Below are positions 26,950 through 36,461 of a stretch of DNA of 64,000 nucleotides, piece by piece. Under the pieces are notes generated by a model, which was given only the letters and a program-made list of their open reading frames with translations, was not told where the DNA came from and made no database searches. The stretch is from Methanomassiliicoccaceae archaeon (GTDB taxonomy: Archaea; Thermoplasmatota; Thermoplasmata; Methanomassiliicoccales; Methanomethylophilaceae): positions 1,821 through 65,820 of the forward strand of contig WRJJ01000002.1 of the NCBI GenBank assembly GCA_009778575.1, given 5' to 3'. The translations under genes and the position numbers were made by a program. Within the stretch, counting starts at the first letter, position 1. The number at the start of each line of letters is the position of its first letter.

Positions 26950-28390
26950 CCACGCCTATCGGGGTCAGCTTTGCCACTTTACCGGTCAGCCCCGCGTCGC
27001 ATACGACCCTGATCACTTCGTCAACATCCTTGTACGCAGCCGGGGCCTCCTCCAGAAGCCCCTCGTCCGAACCGCTCCGGAGGTAGATGTTGCTGCTTCT
27101 CATCTCATTCTTCACGTCGGATGCCTTGAGTTTGCTTAGGGCCGCCTTTCTGGACATCTTCCTCCCCGCGCCGTGGCATGTCGAGCCGAACGTTTCTTCC
27201 ATGGCGCCCTTCTTCCCCACCAGGACGTACGTTCCTATCTTCATGTCCCCCGGAATGATCACGGGCTGACCCACATCCCTGTACATGGGAGTTATCTCCG
27301 TCCTCCCCGCAGCGAATGCGCGGGTAGATCCTTTCCTATGTACCAGGACATTCTCCGAATGCTTCTCCACGTCGTGGCGTTCTTTCTTTGCGATATTGTG
27401 CGCCACGTCGTAGACGACATCCATCCCCATGCCCTCCGCCGTACATCCCAGGATGTTCTCGAAGGATTCCCTTACCCAGTGGGTTATCATCTGCCTGTTC
27501 GCCCAGGCGTAGTTGGCGCCGCAGCACATGGCTTTGTAATAATCGTCTCCGAGCTTTGAGTCAAGAGGGGCGCAGGCCAGCTGCCTGTCGGGCAGCTGTA
27601 TGTTGTTGGTCCTGACGTACCTCTCCATCTCCTGCAGATATTCGGTCGCCACCTGGTGGCCGCATCCTCTCGAGCCGCAGTGCACTGTGACGGTGACCGC
27701 TCCCTCTTTCAATCCGAACTTCTTTGCAACATCTTTGTCAAAAACATTGTCCACGACGTCCAATTCAAGGAAGTGGTTGCCGGACCCCAGGGAACCCAGC
27801 TGGGGGATCCCTCTTTTGCGGGCCTTGTCGCTCACGGTCGACGGGTCGGCATCATCCATGCGCCCTCTCTCTTCGGTGGCCTCAATGTCCCTTTCCCATC
27901 CGTATCCGTTCTCCACCGCCCACTTTGAACCGTTCAGGAGTATGTCGTCCATCTCTTTGTTGCCGATCTTCGTAAGCCCCTTTGAGCCAAGTCCGGATGG
28001 TACGTTCTTGTAAAGCTCGTCCACCAGAGCGTTCACATTCCCGCCGAGGTCGTCGACGGTAAGATCCGTTTTTATAAGGCGGACCCCGCAATTGATATCA
28101 AACCCTATGCCGCCGGGAGAGATCGACCCGCTGTCCGCATCCACCGCCGCAACGCCTCCTATGGGGAACCCGTAGCCCCAATGGATGTCAGGCATCGCCA
28201 TTGAGCTTCCGACGATCCCCGGGAGGCACGCAACGTTTGCGACCTGCTGCGGAGCGTTGTCCGCCCGGATATGGTCGATCATGCGCTCGTTGGCGTATAT
28301 TATCGCATTGGTCCTCATTCCCGGGACCTCGTCTTTCGATATCTCCCATCTGTTATCGTCGACCCTTCTAAGCTTTCCGTTCCATGCCAT
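26939..28390 (-). CDS. rtcB: tRNA-splicing ligase RtcB
   Basis: 483 aa with the conserved RtcB blocks MPDIHWGYGFPIGG, GSGNHF, HCGSRG and HGAGR. Confidence 0.92.
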   Translation of the reverse strand: MAWNGKLRRVDDNRWEISKDEVPGMRTNAIIYANERMIDHIRADNAPQQVANVACLPGIVGSSMAMPDIHWGYGFPIGGVAAVDADSGSISPGGIGFDINCGVRLIKTDLTVDDLGGNVNALVDELYKNVPSGLGSKGLTKIGNKEMDDILLNGSKWAVENGYGWERDIEATEERGRMDDADPSTVSDKARKRGIPQLGSLGSGNHFLELDVVDNVFDKDVAKKFGLKEGAVTVTVHCGSRGCGHQVATEYLQEMERYVRTNNIQLPDRQLACAPLDSKLGDDYYKAMCCGANYAWANRQMITHWVRESFENILGCTAEGMGMDVVYDVAHNIAKKERHDVEKHSENVLVHRKGSTRAFAAGRTEITPMYRDVGQPVIIPGDMKIGTYVLVGKKGAMEETFGSTCHGAGRKMSRKAALSKLKASDVKNEMRSSNIYLRSGSDEGLLEEAPAAYKDVDEVIRVVCDAGLTGKVAKLTPIGVVKG

Positions 28391-28429
28391 CTGATCGTCT
28401 CCCTATCGGTGCGGTAAAAAATAAAGGTA

Positions 28430-28506
28430 GGGGCCGGGACCGAGATTTGAACACGAGTCGGGGGATCCACAATCCCCTAGGATAACCAAGCTACCCCACC
28501 CCGGCC
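28430..28506 (-). tRNA. tRNA-His (GUG)
   Basis: The reverse complement is GGCCGGGGTGGGGTAGCTTGGTTATCCTAGGGGATTGTGGATCCCCCGACTCGTGTTCAAATCTCGGTCCCGGCCCC. The anticodon stem is GGGGA/TCCCC and the loop TTGTGGA gives anticodon GTG. The T-loop is TTCAAAT with G53:C61. An extra 5' G (G-1) opposite C73 is the His identity element. No intron and no encoded CCA. Confidence 0.85.
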
Positions 28507-28638
28507 ATGTGTTGAGCGCCCATTATATCCCCTCCTAATAAAACTTTTCTCTGGTTTTACCGTCAAGAGGGAGTAGTTCGCGCGTTAATCAGTAGCTAAC
28601 TATAACTATGCGCTATATTCTTTCGGTTTCTCAGTATA

Positions 28639-31638
28639 ATGTCAAAAAGAAAGATAGTCATAACTGCGCTTGCGCTCGCACTAGTCAGTTCACTCGTTCT
28701 CATTTACGCCGATCCCGCTTCGACGGAATCGGAAGCGGCCCCGGGAGACAATATCACTCTCGACATCAACGGACCGCTCGATTCTGCGGTAGTGGGCGTA
28801 CCTCTTGTGCTCTATGCTACAGAAGAACTGCCTGTTCTGGGGCCTGGAGAAACGGCCATCATTGAAGGAAAAAGAGGCAATGACCGGATCACCATTTCAA
28901 GCGATGACCTTTCTTTCTCGTATGAACCGATGTTCAAGATCCCCGCTAACAACAAAGGAAAATACATTTTCAGAGACCTCATAATCGACAGGGCGCACTA
29001 CGGCGTGTCTATCGAGATAGAATCAGGAGGAGGGGGAGACATAGTGACCTTTGATAATGTCACTTTCACGGGGGGATCGGGGGTGACGATAATATCTTCG
29101 GCCAGCGTCTTGGAAATAAAAGACGGGTGTTATTTTGAAAGTGGCCCTTATTATCATATCGATCTTCAGGAAGGAGAACTGATTCTGAATGACTCAGTTC
29201 TTATCAACCGCGACAACTGCATCATGTCTCAGACCGAAGGCAAGATCTCAATTGACAATTGTTATTTTGATAGCGGCAACCATGCCGTATGGTGCAATGA
29301 ACCGGAAAAGGTGGTGCTGTCGATCTCAAACAGCACTTTTGTCAGCCGCGACGGCTTTCACTCAATACAGGTAGATCTGGCTCCGTCATCCGTAGGAAAC
29401 TCAATAGAATTGAAAAATAGCCTTTTTACCTCTGCGTATGACGAACTCACTTATGCTTATGTCAGCGGTCCGGCCGTGAACATAAACGGGACCGGAACGG
29501 GAACGATGACGATCGATCAATGCTTTTTCTTCTCACTGATATCGGGAGTAGGCTCGATAGTGATCATCGATGCCCCCATTACATTCTCAATATTGAGTAC
29601 GACATTCTTTGATAACTGGGTGGAGGACTATTTTTTGCTGGTAGGGGACTTCAACACTGTGCTTTACATAGACGGTGCGAAGGGCAGTATAGTCAATTCG
29701 ACATTCTACCGAAATTGGGTCTATGAAATGATATCTGATACAGGGTGCGTCTTCCTGAACGATTCGGAGGTTGACCTGATCAACAATACATTCTATGAGA
29801 ATTATTACGACCCGGACATGGATGTCTGGTGGGACGAAAAGCCGATCTCCCTGCAGACATCGGGGACAAGCGTCGTCCGTGCGATCAATAACATATTCTT
29901 GGCATCAGACGACGCATTTACCACCACGATATTGGATGGTGCCGGCTGCTTTGCATCAGGGTATCTTGCCGCAAACGGGAACATAGACGATTCGGATGAG
30001 GATCGCTGCTATGATGTCTTCGGGTCGATTCCGGAGATCATGCAGCCATATGGACCATATGCCGGATGCGAACTGCCCGACACAGAGTGGGGTGAGCAGA
30101 TATCGCTGTTAACGGTGCAGATAATGCCCGCCGGCGACGCCGACGGCAAAGGAATGGTGTCTTTAGACACCCCGAGTACCGACCAAAGAGGGAAGAACAG
30201 GCTCGGGAAACCCGATGTGGGCTCAGTAAGCATAGACTCGGCATTATTCGATGCGAACTCGGGGTATTGGGAGCATTACAATTATTTTGACATCAGTTCG
30301 GAAGAACCGTATCTGCTCTTAGATTACATCGGAGACGACTATTGGGGAACACCGCAATTTGAGAAGCTGGCCGTAGGTTTCGACCTTGAGAGCGGTAAGA
30401 TACTGCTCCCCGATGGTACGAACATAGGGGGGCCGTACTCAGATACGGACAGACATTTGGGCTGGAGCACCGAGAGTAGTGCAGAACTGCCTGACCCGTT
30501 GTTCGTAAACATATGGGGCGATATACTGGGTGAGTTCGAGATCGACAAAACGTACTACGCGGTATGGGGAGAAGAGTTTGTAGTGCTGTTCATTCCGGGC
30601 AACGGTCAGGAAATGGCGGTCAAAATGTGGAAGCCGGACGGGTCTATGGAAATTCCGACCTACGGTGAAGTGAACGGCAAGGTCCTGACAAAATGGACCA
30701 TCAATGAGGACGGCACGTACGAATGGGATCCGTCAATGGCAGGGGACGGGAACATGATCGTCTATGGACAATGGGGACCGGCTCCGCTGACTAACGTGAA
30801 AGTTGAGTTCAGGGACGGCGAAAGCACGAATACAGTATCGATCCCGTATGGCGGGACCGTCTCCAAGCCGGCGGACCCGGTGCGTGAGGATTATGACTTC
30901 AAAGGATGGTTCACCGCGGCAGAAGGCGGTGAAGAATGGGATTTCAGCACAAAGGTAACAAAAGACATGACGCTTTATGCGCAATGGGAGGAGACCCCTG
31001 TATTCTTCGTTACATTCTATCCCGCCAACGGAGGCGATCCGTTCACCGTAGGTGTGGGCAAAGGAGGGAACCTGCTCAGTCCGCCCGAGAACCCCTCCAT
31101 GGAGGGATATACGTTCCTCGGATGGTTCACCTCTCCGAACGGAGGTACTGAATGGGATCTCGGTTCCAATGTCGGCGGCCAGATGCAGCTTTACGGTCAT
31201 TGGGAGGCAGCGGGCGGCGGCCAGGGCGGCGATGACGAACCCACCTTCACAGGCGATGATGCAGTGCTCATCGCAGCAACGATAATCGCTTCTTCGCTGG
31301 CCACCCTCGGGGTAGCCGGGGTCGTGGGCACAACGGGCATAGCATCCCAGGCATCGATAGCAAATGTCCTCCAGCAGGGCATGTACGCGGATTCAATGGT
31401 TGATACAACGGGAGAAGAAAAGAACAGGCGCAGCGTGATATTCGATCCGAGGAACGGAAGGTCGACATGGGCGAGCTCAGTGATGCTGGGACGTCAGGTG
31501 GACAGACCGGCCAATCCAAAGCCGCCCAGCGGAATGGTGTTCTCTCACTGGTCCACTACGCCGGAAGGGGCGCCGTATGATTTCCTCACGCCGGTGAACA
31601 GCGTGCTGCACCTGTATGCGGTGTACATAAGCGCTTGA
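28639..31638 (+). CDS. large adhesin-like surface protein (beta-helix region plus Listeria-Bacteroides/Flg_new-type repeats)
   Basis: 999 aa with an N-terminal signal anchor (ITALALALVSSLVLIYA). The repeats end in YDFKGWFTAAEGGEEWDFSTKVTKDMTLYAQW, YTFLGWFTSPNGGTEWDLGSNVGGQMQLYGHW and MVFSHWSTTPEGAPYDFLTPVNSVLHLYAVY. A hydrophobic segment (AVLIAATIIASSLATLGVAGVV) lies about 130 aa from the C-terminus. Confidence 0.8.
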   Translation: MSKRKIVITALALALVSSLVLIYADPASTESEAAPGDNITLDINGPLDSAVVGVPLVLYATEELPVLGPGETAIIEGKRGNDRITISSDDLSFSYEPMFKIPANNKGKYIFRDLIIDRAHYGVSIEIESGGGGDIVTFDNVTFTGGSGVTIISSASVLEIKDGCYFESGPYYHIDLQEGELILNDSVLINRDNCIMSQTEGKISIDNCYFDSGNHAVWCNEPEKVVLSISNSTFVSRDGFHSIQVDLAPSSVGNSIELKNSLFTSAYDELTYAYVSGPAVNINGTGTGTMTIDQCFFFSLISGVGSIVIIDAPITFSILSTTFFDNWVEDYFLLVGDFNTVLYIDGAKGSIVNSTFYRNWVYEMISDTGCVFLNDSEVDLINNTFYENYYDPDMDVWWDEKPISLQTSGTSVVRAINNIFLASDDAFTTTILDGAGCFASGYLAANGNIDDSDEDRCYDVFGSIPEIMQPYGPYAGCELPDTEWGEQISLLTVQIMPAGDADGKGMVSLDTPSTDQRGKNRLGKPDVGSVSIDSALFDANSGYWEHYNYFDISSEEPYLLLDYIGDDYWGTPQFEKLAVGFDLESGKILLPDGTNIGGPYSDTDRHLGWSTESSAELPDPLFVNIWGDILGEFEIDKTYYAVWGEEFVVLFIPGNGQEMAVKMWKPDGSMEIPTYGEVNGKVLTKWTINEDGTYEWDPSMAGDGNMIVYGQWGPAPLTNVKVEFRDGESTNTVSIPYGGTVSKPADPVREDYDFKGWFTAAEGGEEWDFSTKVTKDMTLYAQWEETPVFFVTFYPANGGDPFTVGVGKGGNLLSPPENPSMEGYTFLGWFTSPNGGTEWDLGSNVGGQMQLYGHWEAAGGGQGGDDEPTFTGDDAVLIAATIIASSLATLGVAGVVGTTGIASQASIANVLQQGMYADSMVDTTGEEKNRRSVIFDPRNGRSTWASSVMLGRQVDRPANPKPPSGMVFSHWSTTPEGAPYDFLTPVNSVLHLYAVYISA

Positions 31639-31668
31639 ACGGAGCAGACTGCAGCTTGAGGATGCGTC

Positions 31669-32931
31669 TTAAGACCTTCCCGCCTCAGATGCGGGGATGA
31701 CGCCGATCTTCATGTTGTACTTGATCTCGTAGGAGAACATCCAGTGTACGCCGTAGAAGAATATCGCCAGGTAACAGAAGTATCCGAGGAGCACCGCCCA
31801 CACTGCGGGAGTTGTGCCGAGTAACTGCATCACCTCATAGACGTGGTAGATGATCAAAGCAATTATCGCCAGGAAAGCGGTCAGCACCAGCGTCCATATC
31901 TCTTTGAGATACTTGCTCTCTTTCTTTCCGGTTATATATCCGGTGGAAGCGGCCAGCACGAAACCCATGATCACGCCGACGAAGGGTATGGCAACGGCCG
32001 CGGGCGCATTGCCCCCGGCCGACATCTCCGCGGCAAGGAAGCAGAGTTCCCTAGTTGTGAAAGCGAGCCCCATGACCAGCACGAAACCCGACAGAAGCGA
32101 CGCTTTTGTGGTGTAGAAATTATCGATCTTGAACGCAAGCATAAGGGCCAGTGCGCCGAAGACTATGCTTCCGAGGTTCTGTAAGGCTTTATCATTGAAG
32201 TCCTCGGCCCTGACGCTTGCCCATATCGTGGTGATCATGAGCACGGTTCCCAGAGCCAGCAGGAGCATCTTTATCTTGAAGGCATCCCTCAGTTCAGTGT
32301 GTTTGTAATAATTCAGCGGCCCGCCGTCCTCGCGGACGCTCATGTTCCTTTTAATTTCCTGTGAGAACATGGAGTACAGCCCGAATGAGAATATCGTTAG
32401 GTAGCACAGGTAACCGAGAAGCACCGCCCATGCCGCGGTGGTCGTGCCGAAAAGATCCATCAGGCCGTATATGCGGTATAATGTCAGTGCGGTGATCGTC
32501 AGCAAAGCGAGTATCACCAGTATTCTGATCTCTTTGATGAGTTTGCTCTTTTTCTTTCCCGCGATGTAACCCGCAGATCCGGTAAGCACGAAACCCATGA
32601 TCACGCCGATGAAAGGTATCGCCACGGCCGCAGTCATGTTTCCGCCGGAGGCTCCCAGGTCCGCGGTCAGGAAACATAACTCTCTTGTTGCAAAGGCCAT
32701 GCCGATGACCATGACGAATCCCGACATAAGGGACGCTTTCGTGTTGAAAGACTCGTCGATCTTCACTCCGAATGTCAGGACCATTACGCCGAATATGATG
32801 CCGCCCAAGCTCTGGAGGGCCCGGTCTTGAAAGTCCTGCGCCCTAAAGCTTGCCCAAATCGTGGTGGTCAGCATGACCAGTCCCAAGACGATCATCAGCA
32901 CCTTCATCATCCTGACTTCAGTAAATTTCAC
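31669..32931 (-). CDS. polytopic membrane protein built from two tandem homologous halves
   Basis: 420 aa with about 6 TM helices per half. The halves align along their whole length (TTIWASFRAQDFQDRALQSLG vs TTIWASVRAEDFNDKALQNLG; AAVAIPFIGVIMGFVL vs AAVAIPFVGVIMGFVL). Confidence 0.7.
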   Translation of the reverse strand: MKFTEVRMMKVLMIVLGLVMLTTTIWASFRAQDFQDRALQSLGGIIFGVMVLTFGVKIDESFNTKASLMSGFVMVIGMAFATRELCFLTADLGASGGNMTAAVAIPFIGVIMGFVLTGSAGYIAGKKKSKLIKEIRILVILALLTITALTLYRIYGLMDLFGTTTAAWAVLLGYLCYLTIFSFGLYSMFSQEIKRNMSVREDGGPLNYYKHTELRDAFKIKMLLLALGTVLMITTIWASVRAEDFNDKALQNLGSIVFGALALMLAFKIDNFYTTKASLLSGFVLVMGLAFTTRELCFLAAEMSAGGNAPAAVAIPFVGVIMGFVLAASTGYITGKKESKYLKEIWTLVLTAFLAIIALIIYHVYEVMQLLGTTPAVWAVLLGYFCYLAIFFYGVHWMFSYEIKYNMKIGVIPASEAGRS

Positions 32932-33027
32932 GCGTTCACGATTGCTTAGTATTTATTTAAAACGTACACACGTCCGAAAGGGGGTTGTTCTGAATCGATT
33001 ATATAACCGCATGCCGGTAATGCGGTC

Positions 33028-33564
33028 ATGGAAGATGCGGCGGCCTGCGGCGACCTCTCAGTGATCTATCTGGCGGGAGGGTGCTTCTGGGGGCTTGAGA
33101 AAGTGTTCTCGATGATACCGGGAGTAATTCGGACGGAGTGCGGTTACGCAAACGGATACAGCTGCATGGTTCCCAACTACATCACGGTGTGTTCGGGTAA
33201 GTTCGGGCACTGCGAGACCGTCAAAATTTGCTATGATCAGAAGGCCGTCAGTCTCGAACGCCTTCTGGATGCGTTCTTCATGGTCATAGACCCAACGCTG
33301 CTGAACCGCCAGGGCAACGACAGAGGCGTGCAGTACAGGACTGGCATATATTGGGAGGACAGCGATTCCGGGAGGAAAGCGGAGGCCTATGTGGAAAATG
33401 AGAGAAAAAGATACAACGAATTCTTCACTGAAACCGGACCGCTGGCGAACTATTTTCCGGCGGAGGAGAAGCACCAGGGCTACCTGGACAGGAACCCGGA
33501 AGGTTACTGCCACATCCCGCGCGAGGAGTTCGAGCGCATACGGAACATGTTCTCCGGCGGTTAA
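33028..33564 (+). CDS. msrA: peptide-methionine (S)-S-oxide reductase
   Basis: 178 aa with the active-site motif GGCFWG. Confidence 0.9.
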   Translation: MEDAAACGDLSVIYLAGGCFWGLEKVFSMIPGVIRTECGYANGYSCMVPNYITVCSGKFGHCETVKICYDQKAVSLERLLDAFFMVIDPTLLNRQGNDRGVQYRTGIYWEDSDSGRKAEAYVENERKRYNEFFTETGPLANYFPAEEKHQGYLDRNPEGYCHIPREEFERIRNMFSGG

Positions 33565-33657
33565 ACCCCCCCGAATTGTCGAAAAAAACACATTTAATGT
33601 AAAAGTGTCTTGTTTTGAGCATAAGTGTTAATTACGGGCCGAACCAATCTCCACTCT

Positions 33658-34575
33658 ATGGCAAAAAGAGACCTGATCTCAGTATTGGACATGAAGGACG
33701 AGTGGCCCGACCTGGTGGACCTTGCGATAAAGCTCAAAAAAGAGCGCGGCAGCCACGGCGCCCCCCTCAAAGGCAAGACGTTGATAATGCTGTTCGAGAA
33801 GCCCAGCACCAGAACCAGGATATCTTTTGATGTTGCCATTACCGAGTTGGGAGGCCACGCCCTGCACATCGACGCATCGAAGATGCACATGGGAAGCCAA
33901 GGAGAGACGGTCGAGGATACGGCAAAGGTGATGAGCAGATTCGCCCACGGGATAATGTACCGCGCCTATGACTACAAGGTGATGGATAAGATAGGGGAAT
34001 CGGCCACCATACCGGTCATAAGCGGCCTTGACAATCTCGAGCATCCCTGCCAAGCCCTGGCGGACATGATGACAATAAAAGAAAGCAAAGGGTCCTTCCG
34101 CGGCAAGAAGCTGGTCTATCTCGGGGACGGCAACAACGTATGCAACTCCCTGCTCTATTCAAGCGCGATAATGGGGATCGACATGGTGGCATGCTGCCCC
34201 GCAACAAGAATGCCGAATGCGGAGATAATGCTGGCCGCCGCCCGCATCGCCGATGCGAACGGATCGAAGATAACAGCGTCCCATGATCCGAAAGAGGCAT
34301 GCAAGGATGCGGATGTGCTTTACACAGACACATGGATATCCATGGGAGACGAGACCCCTGTTGAGAAAGCGGTCAAACTGTTCAGCCCGTATCAGATCAA
34401 CTCCGGGCTGCTGTCGATAGCGAAAGACGACTGCATCGTCATGCACTGTCTGCCCGCTCACAGAGGCTTCGAGATAACAGAGGACGTCATGGATGGGCCG
34501 CAGAGCGTGGTGTTCGACCAGGCGGAGAACCGCCTGCACGCCCAGAAGGCGGTACTGTACACACTGCTCAAATGA
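33658..34575 (+). CDS. argF: ornithine carbamoyltransferase
   Basis: It has the motifs FEKPSTRTRISF, DTWISMG and HCLPAHRG. The ATG at 33658 (MAKRDLISVLD) is preferred over the GTG at 33625. Confidence 0.88.
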   Translation: MAKRDLISVLDMKDEWPDLVDLAIKLKKERGSHGAPLKGKTLIMLFEKPSTRTRISFDVAITELGGHALHIDASKMHMGSQGETVEDTAKVMSRFAHGIMYRAYDYKVMDKIGESATIPVISGLDNLEHPCQALADMMTIKESKGSFRGKKLVYLGDGNNVCNSLLYSSAIMGIDMVACCPATRMPNAEIMLAAARIADANGSKITASHDPKEACKDADVLYTDTWISMGDETPVEKAVKLFSPYQINSGLLSIAKDDCIVMHCLPAHRGFEITEDVMDGPQSVVFDQAENRLHAQKAVLYTLLK

Positions 34576-35983
34576 TCTGAGAGGAAACAAGGTCCTCCGC
34601 AATATCCAGGAACATCCCCTCCTTCCCGTTGGGAATGGTGGCTCCCGCAGCGACCTTATGGCCTCCTCCGTATCCGCCCACCATCTCCGAAGCGGTCTTC
34701 ATTATGAAAGAAAGGTCCAGCCCGCGGTCCGTCAGAGTACGGTTGGCTCTTGCGGACACCTTGACCCCGTCCTCGGCCTCCGCGAACGCAAATATGGGAA
34801 GGTCTTTTCTCGCTTCGCCTGAATTAAGCAGGATCCCCGCCACAATGCCTACCACCGTTTCTCTTATCTCTGTGCCGGCATCAAAATACTGTACGAACCT
34901 GCGTTCTCTGAGGAGTTTGTTCTCTTTAATGTAACTGATGGCGGTAGAGATGTTCTTTCTATGATCCAGGCGGTTCCTTTCGGCATCCTCCAGCGCCGTC
35001 ATGTCGCCCATGCAGATCCTCAGACCGGTCACTGCGTCATCGTACCTTCCGCAAGAGTTCAATGCGGTCGCGAACTCTTTTGCATCCCTAAGTCCGGTCT
35101 GTGACGCATACCTTGTTATGGTATAGATCTCGCCGAACAGCCTTCTTTTCGTTTCATCGTCATTCAGGAACGAAAGCAGCCGTTCGGAAGCGGCTTTTCT
35201 CTCCGCTGCGGAAAGGTCCCTCCACGATCTGAGCCCGCTGCCGTTCTTCAAAGGTATGCCGAGGTCGGAGAAGAACGCGTTGCAGCCGGAGACGCTGTCG
35301 GTCACTCCCGGCACCGGGGGGTCATTGCCGTATTGGAGGAACTGGACGAGAGGCCTGTAGTCCCGCCCGTAGTATCGTATGTCGTTCTCGATCGCTACAT
35401 CTCCCAAGGATACGGCTTCGTTCAGGATCTCCCTGTTGTATCCTATCAGTCTTGATTCCCTGTTGTCCTGCAGATCACCGACCGCGCCCACCACCGCAAG
35501 GAACGCCAGGTCCGAGTTAGCAGGGTCGATGGTCTTTGACAAGAGGTAGGTCATTCCCGCTCCGCAGACGTCGTAGGAACCCGATACGCCGTATGTGTGA
35601 GGATTAAGATGGTGGATGCCGTCAAAGTCAACGATGGATGTCTGCCTTCCCTTCAGCCTTGGATCTGGCACATGGTGGTCCGTGACGACGATCCCGGGTC
35701 TTTTGAACTCGGAAAGGTAGGCGCTTCCAAGGTCGCATATCCATACGATGTCCTCCTTTGACCCGTTGATCGCCGCGACCGTCTCTTCCGTGATCTTCTT
35801 TTCGAAGGAAACGGTGTATCTCTTCCCGAGCCTGTCAAGAGTGGCGGCGGCGATCCCTCCGGACGCTATGCCGTCCGCATCAATGTGGGTGACGATAAGT
35901 ACGCTTTCCGCAGACCTTACCGCAGCGGCAGCTTTCTCCAGATCCCTGATGAGCCTGCCGCAATAAACGCCGTCCGCATCCAT
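34568..35983 (-). CDS. DHH/DHHA1-family phosphoesterase (archaeal RecJ/GAN-like nuclease)
   Basis: 471 aa with VTHIDADGIASG, VVTDHH and the DHHA1 motif GGGHKVAAGATI. Confidence 0.8.
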   Translation of the reverse strand: MDADGVYCGRLIRDLEKAAAAVRSAESVLIVTHIDADGIASGGIAAATLDRLGKRYTVSFEKKITEETVAAINGSKEDIVWICDLGSAYLSEFKRPGIVVTDHHVPDPRLKGRQTSIVDFDGIHHLNPHTYGVSGSYDVCGAGMTYLLSKTIDPANSDLAFLAVVGAVGDLQDNRESRLIGYNREILNEAVSLGDVAIENDIRYYGRDYRPLVQFLQYGNDPPVPGVTDSVSGCNAFFSDLGIPLKNGSGLRSWRDLSAAERKAASERLLSFLNDDETKRRLFGEIYTITRYASQTGLRDAKEFATALNSCGRYDDAVTGLRICMGDMTALEDAERNRLDHRKNISTAISYIKENKLLRERRFVQYFDAGTEIRETVVGIVAGILLNSGEARKDLPIFAFAEAEDGVKVSARANRTLTDRGLDLSFIMKTASEMVGGYGGGHKVAAGATIPNGKEGMFLDIAEDLVSSQII

Positions 35984-36098
35984 GTTATTCTGACCGGATA
36001 CGCATCACGGAGCAATAAGAAATACTATTCGGGTCGAGCGACCACGCTTCGCTGAATTATATTAATTGTAGTGCGAAAACTGAACTAAAGGAGTTTCA

Positions 36099-36272
36099 AT
36101 GAATGGGCGCCAAAGGGGTGAGCCCGGATCTGCGCAGCTCACAACTGTGGCAGACCCGGGACTGCTTTGGCAGGAAGGTGATATCACGAAGATATCCGTA
36201 TCTTGCCGTAAAGGCATTCTGGTAATCCGGATATGCGTCGACGAGACGGTCATTACGATCCGTCTAAGTTGA
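36099..36272 (+). CDS. candidate small ORF (57 aa) in the long divergent intergenic region
   Basis: The ATG at 36099 lies 5 nt after AAAGGAG (36087-36093). The translation is MNGRQRGEPGSAQLTTVADPGLLWQEGDITKISVSCRKGILVIRICVDETVITIRLS, with stop TGA at 36270-36272. It is below the ORF-track cutoff and I recognise no homology. Confidence 0.25.
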   Translation: MNGRQRGEPGSAQLTTVADPGLLWQEGDITKISVSCRKGILVIRICVDETVITIRLS

Positions 36273-36461
36273 CCGCATACGGCGTTTGGCCCGCGTTAAG
36301 GGCCCGGCCCCGCAGGGGCCGTCACCTTCCTTGTTTATGAAATGGTCCGAGACAGATAAATACTTATTCGAAGTAAAAAAGCCGCAAGGATCCCATCCTC
36401 CGGCCGTCTTCCGACTCGGCGCATGATACCGGATTAATACCAGCAAGGACATTATGACCGC

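Noticed and set aside
28608-28865. 85-aa ORF overlapping the start of the 999-aa surface protein gene
   Set aside because: It is out of frame with the strongly supported signal-peptide-bearing ORF and has an Arg/Ser/Cys-rich composition.
35984-36461. SRP (7S) RNA or RNase P RNA identity for the structured intergenic region
   Set aside because: I looked on both strands for the helix-8 GGAA/AGCA-type SRP motif and for the RNase P GAGGAAAGUCC and related conserved regions. I found neither. I keep it only as an unclassified candidate.
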